Origin: a bacterium
GTDB taxonomy: Bacteria; Acidobacteriota; Blastocatellia; HR10
Reading direction: 5' to 3'
Assembly (NCBI GenBank): GCA_041640655.1
Contig: JBEPZV010000006.1
Span: 23,000 to 86,999 of the forward strand
DNA length: 64,000 nucleotides
Shown here: positions 20,906-29,414 of the stretch, piece after piece
Numbering within the stretch: position 1 is the first letter of the stretch
How the letters are laid out: every line of letters begins with the position of its first letter
Program-made: the position numbers and the translations under genes
The notes under the pieces: model-generated
Database searches by the model: none
Seen by the model: the letters and a program-made list of their open reading frames with translations, nothing else
What the model was told of the DNA's origin: nothing

Positions 20906-22567
20906 TCAACCCCCGATCAGCTCGCGCGCATGTCGGCGCACGGTCTCGGTGATCTCCCGCCCCCCGAGCATCCGGGCCAACTCCTCAATCCGCTCCGCCT
21001 CGCTCAGGCGCTCCACCCGAACCCGCGTCCGCCCGCCCACGGCCTCCTTCACCACGCGATAGTGCGCGTCGGCGAAACGCGCGATCTGCGGCTGATGCGT
21101 CACACACAAGACCTGATACCGCTCCCCGAGCCGCCGAAGGCGCTCCCCCACGATCTCGGCGACCCGCCCCCCAATGCCCGCGTCAATCTCATCGAAGATC
21201 AGCGTGCGCGGCCCCCGCCACCGAGCCGCCACCGTCTTCAACGCCAGCATAAGACGCGACAGCTCCCCGCCGGAAGCCGCCTTCGCCACCGGTCTGGGCT
21301 CCTCACCCACGTTCACGGCGACGAGAAACTCCGCGCGCTCGGCCCCCTCCGGGCTCGGGAACTCCTCGACCGGCTGCAGAACGACCTGAAACCGCCCCCG
21401 TTCGAAAGCCAACTCCCTGAGCTCGGCCGTCACCGCCCGCTCAAGCGCCCGAGCCGCCTGCTGCCGCCTCTGACTCAGTTCAGCCGCCACACGGCGGTAC
21501 TCCTCCTCCAGCTGCCGCCGCCGATGTTCCAGTTGCTCGCGCCGAAGATCGGCGCCCGAGAGCTCTTCATACTTGGCCTTCAAGCTCGCCCACGTCTCCA
21601 GAACTTCGCGCAGCGTCGGCCCATACTTGCGCTTCACCCGCTCCAACTCGGCCAACCTCGCCTCGACTTCCGCCAGCCGCTCAGGAGAGAAGCGGATCCC
21701 ATCCCGATACTCCCGCAGAAAATAGGCGACCTCCTCCACACAGATACGGGCTCGCTCCAGCAGCTCTACGGAGCCGCCCACCCGTTCGTCCACCTCCCGA
21801 AGCTGCTCCAGCCGCCGACAGATGCGCGCGAGCGCCCGCAGCACGGAATCCTCAGCTTCGTAAAGCTCCGCGTACGCCTCTTGCGCCAGATGAAAGAGCC
21901 TCTCGGCATTGGCCAGAAGCGCCCGCTCGCGCCCGAGCTCATCGTCTTCTCCCAAGACCGGACGCACCCGCTCGATCTCCCGAATCTGAAACTGATAGAT
22001 GTCCAGAAGGCGCAACCTCTCGGCCTCAGCCCGGGCCAGCTCCTCCAAGGCCCGCTCCGTCTCTCGATACGCCCGGGCCAGCTCCTCGACGCGCCGCCGC
22101 ATATCCTCGACCTGCGCGAAGCTGTCCAACAGACGCAACGGCGTTCCCGCCGCAAGCACCATCGGCGCTTCCCCCTGACTGTAGACGTCCACCAAATACG
22201 GGCGCACGGCTCGAACCAGCGCCTGCGTCACCAGACGATCGTTGGCGAAGATCCGACTCCGCCCAGCCGCCGTGATCTCCCGCCGGAAGATGAGCTCCTC
22301 GCCCACCTCCACGCCCGCCTCCTGAAAGCGCGCTCTCAGATCCTCAGGCAGCTCCTCGATCCGAAAGACCCCCTCGATATAGCCCTTCGCCTCCCCGGAG
22401 CGCAGAACATCGGCTCCCGCCCGCTCCCCAAGCAGCAGCGTCACCGCATCCACGATCAGCGACTTCCCCGACCCCGTCTCCCCCGTCAACAAATTCAGCC
22501 CCGGCTCGAACTCCACCTCCACGTTCTCGATCACCGCGATGTTGGCGACTCTCAAGAACCTCAACAT
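20906..22567 (-). CDS. recN: DNA repair protein RecN
   Basis: LTGETGSGKS Walker A, long coiled coil, ASGGELSRLMLA signature, IFDEIDAGIGG, VTHQPQIA. Confidence 0.95.
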   Translation of the reverse strand: MLRFLRVANIAVIENVEVEFEPGLNLLTGETGSGKSLIVDAVTLLLGERAGADVLRSGEAKGYIEGVFRIEELPEDLRARFQEAGVEVGEELIFRREITAAGRSRIFANDRLVTQALVRAVRPYLVDVYSQGEAPMVLAAGTPLRLLDSFAQVEDMRRRVEELARAYRETERALEELARAEAERLRLLDIYQFQIREIERVRPVLGEDDELGRERALLANAERLFHLAQEAYAELYEAEDSVLRALARICRRLEQLREVDERVGGSVELLERARICVEEVAYFLREYRDGIRFSPERLAEVEARLAELERVKRKYGPTLREVLETWASLKAKYEELSGADLRREQLEHRRRQLEEEYRRVAAELSQRRQQAARALERAVTAELRELAFERGRFQVVLQPVEEFPSPEGAERAEFLVAVNVGEEPRPVAKAASGGELSRLMLALKTVAARWRGPRTLIFDEIDAGIGGRVAEIVGERLRRLGERYQVLCVTHQPQIARFADAHYRVVKEAVGGRTRVRVERLSEAERIEELARMLGGREITETVRRHARELIGG

Positions 22568-22575
22568 CGGTCACA

Positions 22576-22642
22576 AGTGTATCACAGATCGCCCGGGCTG
22601 TCATCCATCTCATTGACAGTCGTTCGATCCAATCGGTACAAT
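22576..22642. promoter_or_regulatory. Divergent sigma70-type promoters for recN (-) and the tol-pal operon (+)
   Basis: Plus strand: TTGACA(22613)-N18-TACAAT(22637). Minus strand: ATGACA-N17-TACACT ending 8 nt before the recN ATG. Confidence 0.7.
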
Positions 22643-22678
22643 CACTTTTCGCGCGCAACCTCGGGACGAGGGGGACGA

Positions 22679-23368
22679 ATGCTCGGACCGACAACGGCCT
22701 TCGACGTCTCTCAGCTCATCGGGCACGCCTCGCTGCCGGCGAAGGTCGTCCTCCTTTTGCTCGCCGCGCTCTCGATCTATTCGTGGGCCGTCATTCTCAG
22801 AAAGTACGCGCTCTTTCGCCGCCTGGCCCGGCGCTCGGCGGCTTTCCTGGAGATCTTCCGAACGACGACGAACCCCCATCAGGTCTACCGACTGAGCGAG
22901 CGCTATCGGCCGAGCCCTCTGGTCGAGATCTTTCGCGCGGGCTACGAGAGCCTTCGCGAGCAGATGACCGATGAGGGCCGCGCGCTCGAGCCCCATGCGA
23001 TCGAACGCGCCCTCAAGCGAGCGGCCCTCTCGGAGATGGGGAAGCTCGAGGAGGGCATCAGCGGGCTCGCCTCCATCGCCACCTCCGCCCCTTTCATCGG
23101 TCTGTTCGGCACAGTCGTCGGCATCATCATCGCTTTCCAAGGGCTCTCGGTCGAGACGCAAACCTCGATTCAAGCCGTCGCCCCCGGCATCGCCGAGGCG
23201 CTGGTGGCCACCGCCTTGGGACTCTTCGTCGCCGTCCCGGCCTACATGGCATACAATTATTTTGTGAGCCGGTTGCGCGCCCTCTCGACGCTCATGGAGG
23301 ATTTCGCGCTCGAATTTCTGGACGTCGCCGAAAGGAGTGCGACTCGCGATGGCGTTTATCGATCATAA
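22679..23368 (+). CDS. tolQ: TolQ/ExbB proton channel protein
   Basis: LSIYSWAVI, LASIATSAPFIGLFGTVVGI, VAPGIAEALVATALGLFVAVPA; C-terminal part of ORF 20744..23368. Confidence 0.9.
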   Translation: MLGPTTAFDVSQLIGHASLPAKVVLLLLAALSIYSWAVILRKYALFRRLARRSAAFLEIFRTTTNPHQVYRLSERYRPSPLVEIFRAGYESLREQMTDEGRALEPHAIERALKRAALSEMGKLEEGISGLASIATSAPFIGLFGTVVGIIIAFQGLSVETQTSIQAVAPGIAEALVATALGLFVAVPAYMAYNYFVSRLRALSTLMEDFALEFLDVAERSATRDGVYRS

Positions 23369-23780
23369 TCGGCGCGTTCACGCCTCGCTCTCGGAGATCA
23401 ACGTGACGCCCCTGGTGGACGTCATGCTCGTGCTGCTGGTGATCTTCATGGTGACGGCCCCGCTGCTGCACACGGGGATTCAGGTGAATCTGCCGCGCAC
23501 GCGAACCGGAGAGCCGCAGGCGGCCTCCCCATACGCGCTCATCGTGACGGTGGATCGAGAGGGAAACATCTACCTGAGCTCCGGAGGGCGCACGGCCCAC
23601 ACGCCCATCCCCGCTGGCGAGCTCCCCGGCCGATTGCGGGAAGAACTGGCACGACGTCCCGAAAAACGCGTCTACGTTCGGGGCGATGGCGATACCCCCT
23701 ACCGGGTCATCGCCTATGTGCTCGGCCTCTGCAAGGAGGCCGGCGCCTCGGTGAGCCTGGTGACGGATGTCCAACGATGA
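23349..23780 (+). CDS. tolR: TolR/ExbD protein
   Basis: [35 protein letters not shown]. Confidence 0.9.
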   Translation: MAFIDHNRRVHASLSEINVTPLVDVMLVLLVIFMVTAPLLHTGIQVNLPRTRTGEPQAASPYALIVTVDREGNIYLSSGGRTAHTPIPAGELPGRLREELARRPEKRVYVRGDGDTPYRVIAYVLGLCKEAGASVSLVTDVQR

Positions 23781-24604
23781 TGCGATTCCGAGCACATCTT
23801 CTCGATCGGTGGCTGGCGCTCTCGCTGGCCGGCCACATCGCGCTGGGAGCCGCCCTCCTCGGGCTGAAAATCGGCGGCACTCCGCCACAGTTCCTCCTGG
23901 TCGCCGGGCCAGGAGGCGAAGGCGGGGGTCGAGGTTCCGCCATCGAGGTCGGTCTCATCCAGGGATGGGAGCTGGCCGAGCTCTTACCGCCGCAGCCGAT
24001 GGGTGCTCTCGGAGAAGAGCCCGGATTGCTCACGGCCCGGATCCAACAACGAGCGCCGATCGCAGAAAACCCGGATCTCGTCCTCCCGGGTCGCAGACGC
24101 ACCCCTCCTGAGCCGGGAACGATCACGACCGATCGCCCGGTCCTGCACCGTCCTCGCCCCTATACCGGGCGCTCCGAAGCTGGCGGGTCTTCGAGCACAA
24201 GTGCCATGGTCGGCCCAACGCTACCCACCCACTGGCAGGGCGGTGTCGGTCTCGGAGAAGGCGGCGGCTTCGGCTCTGGAAGCGGCGCGGGCATTCCGGG
24301 AGGCTCCGACTACGGTCGTCGGCTTCAGCAGGCCCTCAGTTCGTACTATCGGTTCACACCGACGGCGGCCCTCGGTCAACGCTTCGTCATCATTCGCGTT
24401 CGCATCGCCCGCAGCGGCCGCATCCTCTCGATTGTGAACGGACGCCTGGACCCGGCGGCCTTTCTCGCGCGCAGCGGCAATCCCGTCGTGGATGCGCGCG
24501 TGGAAGCCGCGCTCTTGGAGCTGGATCGGCATCCCATCCCCTTCCCCCCGGATTTCTTGCCGGGAGCTCGCGAGGCCATCGCGGAGATCTACTTCCAATA
24601 TTAG
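23777..24604 (+). CDS. TolA/TonB-like energy transducer
   Basis: N-terminal TM with SxxxH motif (SLAGH), Gly/Pro-rich linker, C-terminal RVRIARSGRI..SGNPVVD; lies between tolR and tolB. Confidence 0.7.
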   Translation: MMRFRAHLLDRWLALSLAGHIALGAALLGLKIGGTPPQFLLVAGPGGEGGGRGSAIEVGLIQGWELAELLPPQPMGALGEEPGLLTARIQQRAPIAENPDLVLPGRRRTPPEPGTITTDRPVLHRPRPYTGRSEAGGSSSTSAMVGPTLPTHWQGGVGLGEGGGFGSGSGAGIPGGSDYGRRLQQALSSYYRFTPTAALGQRFVIIRVRIARSGRILSIVNGRLDPAAFLARSGNPVVDARVEAALLELDRHPIPFPPDFLPGAREAIAEIYFQY

Positions 24605-24607
24605 CCT

Positions 24608-25933
24608 ATGCGCGCTCGTAGGACAGCATGGTGCGTTCCGTGGTTGATCGGCCTGCTTGTCTCAGCCTCGTCTTCGCAGCAACCCCAGGACCTGCGTCAG
24701 CAGATCGGCAAGATCATCGTCACACCGGGAAGCGGGCCATCGCTGGCCGTCGCCGAATGGGTGCCCCGAAATGAGCTGGCCGTCCCGGCTGCCGCGCTCA
24801 TCACGCAGGTCCTCGCGCAGGATCTGGACTTCGCCCGCATCGCCAATATCGTCGGCAAGAGCCTGCATCCCTCGAATCGGCCCGCCCAGCCCGAACAGGT
24901 CGACTTCACCGCCTGGAGTGCAGACCCCGCGCGCGCCGATTATCTCGTCTTCGGGAACGTGAGCGTCATCGGCCAGGAGCTGGTCATTGAAGCGTATCTC
25001 TATGATGTCCAAGCGCGAAACCGCCTCTACGCCCGACAATATCGCTTCCCAACGGCGCAGGCCCGACGGGCCGCGCATCAGATCGCCGATGAGATCGTCA
25101 AGACGCTCACGGGCCTGGACGGCGTCGCTACCAGCCGCATCGCCTTCGTCTCCGGCCAGGGGCGCCACAGCGAGATCTATGTCATGGACTACGATGGCGC
25201 CAATGTCCGACCGTTCACCCGCGACGGCTCGACCGCGCTCTTTCCCGCCTGGTCCCCGGATGGCCGCAAGATCGCCTACGTCTCGTTCATGACCGGGATC
25301 CCGAACATCCACATTCGCTCGTATCCCGAGGGAATCCCCCTGCCCTTCCCGACGTTCCCACAGGGGACGACGATCTCTCCCGTTTTCTCCCCCGATGGAC
25401 GGTGGATCGCCTTCTGCTCGAGCAAGGACAGCAACAGCACGCAGCTTTATGTCGCCTCAGCCGATGGCTCCGTCATCCGACAGCTCACCAATGAGCGCGG
25501 CGTGATTCACTCCTCCCCCCGATGGAATCCCAGGACGGGACGGGAGATCGCCTTCATCTCCAATCGCAGCGGGACGCCGCAGATCTACATCATTGACGCG
25601 GACGGAGCGAATCTGCGTCGCCTGCTCGATCGCGGGGGCTTCGCCGACTCCCCCGCCTGGTCTCCCGATGGCCGCTTCCTCGCCTTCGCGTGGCGGCCAC
25701 CGCAAGCCAGTCGCTTCGATATCTTCCTCATGGATGTCGCCACGCGCCAGATCGTGCAGCTGACCGATGGCCCGGGAGATAACGAGAGCCCGGCGTGGGC
25801 TCCGAACGGGCGGCATCTCGCCTTCCAATCCAACCGAACGGGCCGATTCGAGATCTATCTCATGCATATTGACGGGACAGGCGTTCGACAGATCACGCAG
25901 ATTGGAGGACGTTCGCCGACATGGGTGCGATAG
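24608..25933 (+). CDS. tolB: TolB beta-propeller protein
   Basis: Signal peptide, AHQIADEIV, SRIAFVS, repeated PxWSPDG PD40 motifs. Confidence 0.93.
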   Translation: MRARRTAWCVPWLIGLLVSASSSQQPQDLRQQIGKIIVTPGSGPSLAVAEWVPRNELAVPAAALITQVLAQDLDFARIANIVGKSLHPSNRPAQPEQVDFTAWSADPARADYLVFGNVSVIGQELVIEAYLYDVQARNRLYARQYRFPTAQARRAAHQIADEIVKTLTGLDGVATSRIAFVSGQGRHSEIYVMDYDGANVRPFTRDGSTALFPAWSPDGRKIAYVSFMTGIPNIHIRSYPEGIPLPFPTFPQGTTISPVFSPDGRWIAFCSSKDSNSTQLYVASADGSVIRQLTNERGVIHSSPRWNPRTGREIAFISNRSGTPQIYIIDADGANLRRLLDRGGFADSPAWSPDGRFLAFAWRPPQASRFDIFLMDVATRQIVQLTDGPGDNESPAWAPNGRHLAFQSNRTGRFEIYLMHIDGTGVRQITQIGGRSPTWVR

Positions 25934-25965
25934 GCATCTCACTCCAATTGAGGAGAGCGACGCTT

Positions 25966-26916
25966 ATGAGACGATACCTCTGGATTCTGATCCCCCTCGC
26001 ACTGGTCGTCTTCGGATCAGCATGCCGGCCGCAGATCTCGCTGACGGCCTCTCGCGACCGCATCAACCGCGGCGAGGAGGTCGAGTTGAGCTGGACGTCC
26101 AAGCACGCGCAGACGGTGACGATCAACGCTCGGCCGGTCGCGAAGTCCGGGACGATGAAAGTCGCCCCGACGGAGACGACCACCTATGAGGCCATCGCCC
26201 GACGCGGCAAGCGCGAAGCGCGCGCATTCGCCCGCGTCGAGGTCATCCAGCCGCGCCCGACCATCGCCCTCTCGGTCGAGCCGGCCCGGATCGAGCGCGG
26301 ACAGCGAGCGACGCTGCGCTGGTCGAGCACCGATGCGCAGACGGTCGAGATCACCGGCATCGGTCCGGTTGAGCCAAGCGGCAGCCGTTCGGTCTCGCCG
26401 CCTCAGACGACGACCTACACGGCGATCGCGCGCGGTCCCGGAGGAGAGGCCACGGCGAGCGCGACGCTCACGGTCACCGAACCTCCGCCGCCGCCACCAC
26501 CGCCTCCTCCGCCACCGCCGCCACCCCGCAATATCTCGGCCGAATTCGCCGAAGCGGTCACCGTCATCTACTTCGCCTTCGATAGCGCGGAGTTGGACGA
26601 GGAAGCCCAGACGCGGCTCCGCCGCGCCGCCGAGTGGTTGAATCGTCCGGAGAACCGCACGATCATCTTCCGCATCGAAGGCCACTGCGACGAGCGAGGC
26701 ACGGAGGAGTATAACATGGCCCTGGGCGATCGTCGCGCCAATGCCGCTCGGGACTTCCTCATCAGCCTCGGAGTCTCCCCGGATCGCATCCAGACTGTCA
26801 GCTTCGGAGAGACCCGCCCGGCCGTTCCCGAGAGCAACGAGCGCGCCTGGGCGCTGAATCGGCGCGATGAATTCGTCTATATCCAGGGTGGAGATCCCAC
26901 GCCACCCAGACGGTGA
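25966..26916 (+). CDS. pal: Pal/OmpA-family lipoprotein with two Ig-like repeats and a poly-Pro linker
   Basis: Lipobox FGSAC; YFAFDSAEL, IEGHCDERGTEEYNMALGDRRA, SFGETRP, NRR. Confidence 0.88.
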   Translation: MRRYLWILIPLALVVFGSACRPQISLTASRDRINRGEEVELSWTSKHAQTVTINARPVAKSGTMKVAPTETTTYEAIARRGKREARAFARVEVIQPRPTIALSVEPARIERGQRATLRWSSTDAQTVEITGIGPVEPSGSRSVSPPQTTTYTAIARGPGGEATASATLTVTEPPPPPPPPPPPPPPPRNISAEFAEAVTVIYFAFDSAELDEEAQTRLRRAAEWLNRPENRTIIFRIEGHCDERGTEEYNMALGDRRANAARDFLISLGVSPDRIQTVSFGETRPAVPESNERAWALNRRDEFVYIQGGDPTPPRR

Positions 26917-26925
26917 CGCTCGCGA

Positions 26926-26956
26926 CCCCCGCGCGATCCCCGCGATCGCGCGGGGG
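26926..26956. repeat. Perfect 13-bp GC hairpin after pal
   Basis: CCCCCGCGCGATC-cccgc-GATCGCGCGGGGG; no U-tract; stem resembles the 39-nt element. Confidence 0.6.
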
Positions 26957-27066
26957 CTTGCCTCTGACTCGCTCCTGTCGTAACATCTGGCGTGAAGCCG
27001 GAGTTGGCTCCGGTGGCCTCACCTCACAAGAGGCCCCCTGAGCCATCTTCCGCAAGGAGGAAACCG

Positions 27067-27924
27067 ATGATGAAGCGACGTGGTCTCTTAGTGAGCGCCG
27101 CCTTCATCAGCGCACTGCTTCTGTTCGCCTCACCGACTCAGGCCGGTAAGAAGGAGTTGGAGGCCATCGCCAAACTTCAGGCCGAAGTCCTCGTCCTTCA
27201 ACGACAGCTCCGCGACCTGCAGGAGTCCTTCGATCGTGGCACCGGTCAATGGCTGACGCTCCTTGGGCAAATCGGAGAGAATATCACGGCGCTGCAGCGA
27301 ACGCTCACGGCACTTCAGGAGACGTTCGGAGATGCACAGACGCGCCTGACGAGCCAATTCACGCACGTGGATTCCCGCTTGACGGCCCTGGAGACTCACC
27401 TGCGCACGACCTCCGAACGGCTCGTCCAACTGAACGACCAAATCGCCGCCCTGAGCCAAAATCTCGCTCACGCGCAGCAGCGGGGACCGACCGCGCTCGA
27501 TCCCACCGATCCGATCCAACTCTTCAGCGCCGCCTATGGCGAGTACCTCAAGGGGAACTACGAGCTCGCCATAGACCAATTTCGACAGTACATCGAGCGC
27601 TTCCCGACACTGGAGACGACCGATAATGCTCAGTACTGGATCGGCGAGTGCCTCTACAGCTTGGGACGCTATGAGGAGGCCATCGCCGAATTCGATACCC
27701 TGCTCCGCACCTATCCGCGCAGCGATAAGGCGCTGGCCGCTCGCCTGAAGAAAGCACTCGCTCTGTTGGAGCTCAACCGCCGCGACGAGGCTATCGCCGA
27801 GCTTCGCGCGATCGCCCAAGAGCCCGTCTCTTCCGGCGAGGTGCTCGCGGCCCGTCAGCGGTTGCAGCAACTCGGCGTCTCTCTTGAAGAACCCCGCCCG
27901 CCGAGGCGGCCGCGCCGTCGCTGA
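27067..27924 (+). CDS. cpoB: Tol-Pal accessory CpoB/YbgF
   Basis: SD AAGGAGG, signal peptide, coiled coil, TPR with NAQYWIGECLY; follows pal. Confidence 0.88.
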   Translation: MMKRRGLLVSAAFISALLLFASPTQAGKKELEAIAKLQAEVLVLQRQLRDLQESFDRGTGQWLTLLGQIGENITALQRTLTALQETFGDAQTRLTSQFTHVDSRLTALETHLRTTSERLVQLNDQIAALSQNLAHAQQRGPTALDPTDPIQLFSAAYGEYLKGNYELAIDQFRQYIERFPTLETTDNAQYWIGECLYSLGRYEEAIAEFDTLLRTYPRSDKALAARLKKALALLELNRRDEAIAELRAIAQEPVSSGEVLAARQRLQQLGVSLEEPRPPRRPRRR

Positions 27925-27947
27925 TGTCATCGAAGGAGAAGAAGCTT

Positions 27948-28364
27948 ATGTCCTTCAACAAGATCATCGTCGTCGGCAACCTGGGACGCGATCCCGAGCT
28001 TCGCTACACCCCGCAAGGCATCCCCGTGTGCACGTTCTCCGTCGCCACCAATGAGCGCCGTCGCGACAGCGCCGGAGAGCTTCAAGAACGCACGCTCTGG
28101 TTCCGCGTGACCGCGTGGCGCCGACTCGCCGAACTGACCCACCAGTATCTGAGAAAAGGAAGCCTGGTCTACGTCGAGGGACGACTCTATTTGGACGAGT
28201 ACACGGATCGGGACGGATTCCAGCGCACGCAGCTTCGCATTGAAGCTTCGGACGTGCGTTTCCTCGATCGAAAGCCAGCCGAAGCCCTTGAGGAGGGAAT
28301 CGCCGAAGAGCCCCTCAGCCCTATCTCCGGCCCTGAACCGGGCGAGGATGACGTCCCATTTTAG
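27948..28364 (+). CDS. ssb: Single-stranded DNA-binding protein
   Basis: NKIIVVGNLGRDPELRYT, KGSLVYVEGRL, C-terminal DDVPF. Confidence 0.96.
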   Translation: MSFNKIIVVGNLGRDPELRYTPQGIPVCTFSVATNERRRDSAGELQERTLWFRVTAWRRLAELTHQYLRKGSLVYVEGRLYLDEYTDRDGFQRTQLRIEASDVRFLDRKPAEALEEGIAEEPLSPISGPEPGEDDVPF

Positions 28365-28500
28365 ACGTCATGACTTCATGTGAAACTCGATCCTCGCCTC
28401 CTGACGGAAGTCGCCTCACCGGAGAGCCGGATCGAAAGAGACATCCGGGCAATAACCATCGTTCTTCGCGAGCGATACAGCGACTCGTTCCCAAAGGACT

Positions 28501-29307
28501 TCATGGTCGGGGCTCTCCCTGCCTATTCACCCCAGCCCCCTTCCCCAGCTCATGTGACGCCTCATCAGAAGCCGGATGAAGCGCAAGAGGGCCAATCCCC
28601 TCAAGGAACGACGTGAGTTCAGAAAGAGGGTGAACGACAGGAAGTGTCACAGGAGCGGACACAGGGAGCGGAAGCCACACTTCGCTACGTGCCGATTCGC
28701 CGAACGTCCTCACTCCGACCTTCTCCCTGTGCGCGAGCGCGCGCATCGGGCGCTTCGCCAGTCGCCGATCGGCCCGATGCTTCCCCAGCTTCTGTCCATT
28801 CCCGGCGACGAACGCCTTCCCCCCCACGGCGATCGCGCGCAGCGGTACCGAGAGAACACCCGAAGGAGCATCGCTCACGATCCGAAGCCAATCGGCGACA
28901 GCCCCCGGCTTTTCAGCAGCGAACGCCACATTCACCCGTACGCTCACGCCAGGACCAATCCGCGCCGGAAGCAAAGGAGCCCGCGCCACAGCGAACACCC
29001 CCTCAGTTCGAACCTCGGAGATCTTCACCGGAGCCGTCCCCACGTTCGTCAGGACGAAGGAGACCTCTCTCACACTCCCACAGGAGATGGATCCCAGGTC
29101 ACCATCCGAAGGCGAAAGGCGGAGCGCTGGAACTCCCCGTTCCTCCCCCCGCCAGAGAAGCCGCTCATCAGAGGATCGAGCGCTCCATCCGCCACGAAGT
29201 CCCTCCAGAGGAAAGCCGGAGAACGCTCCACCCCACAAGCGAAGGATCCCCGCACCCATCACCACACTCCCGCCAATGAGCACGAGCACAAGACGTCGCA
29301 CGCGCAT
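28501..29307 (-). CDS. Membrane-anchored protein with Ig-like (ASH/DUF1573-type) domain
   Basis: N-terminal hydrophobic segment; DLGSI..FVLTNVGTAPVKISEV..IGPGVSVRVNVAF..LRIVSDA pattern. Confidence 0.6.
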   Translation of the reverse strand: MRVRRLVLVLIGGSVVMGAGILRLWGGAFSGFPLEGLRGGWSARSSDERLLWRGEERGVPALRLSPSDGDLGSISCGSVREVSFVLTNVGTAPVKISEVRTEGVFAVARAPLLPARIGPGVSVRVNVAFAAEKPGAVADWLRIVSDAPSGVLSVPLRAIAVGGKAFVAGNGQKLGKHRADRRLAKRPMRALAHREKVGVRTFGESARSEVWLPLPVSAPVTLPVVHPLSELTSFLEGIGPLALHPASDEASHELGKGAGVNRQGEPRP

Positions 29308-29414
29308 AGTCGCTCCTCCTCCACAAGATTCGGACTGAGCCTATCCACTTGTCCATCCACGTCCGCATGTCGGCCTGCATCTTGACTGAATCCGGACGAA
29401 AAGTCAAGCGAAAT

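Noticed and set aside
28370..28616. Small ORFs downstream of ssb
   Set aside because: No RBS or motif, and they overlap the 3' end of the opposite-strand gene.
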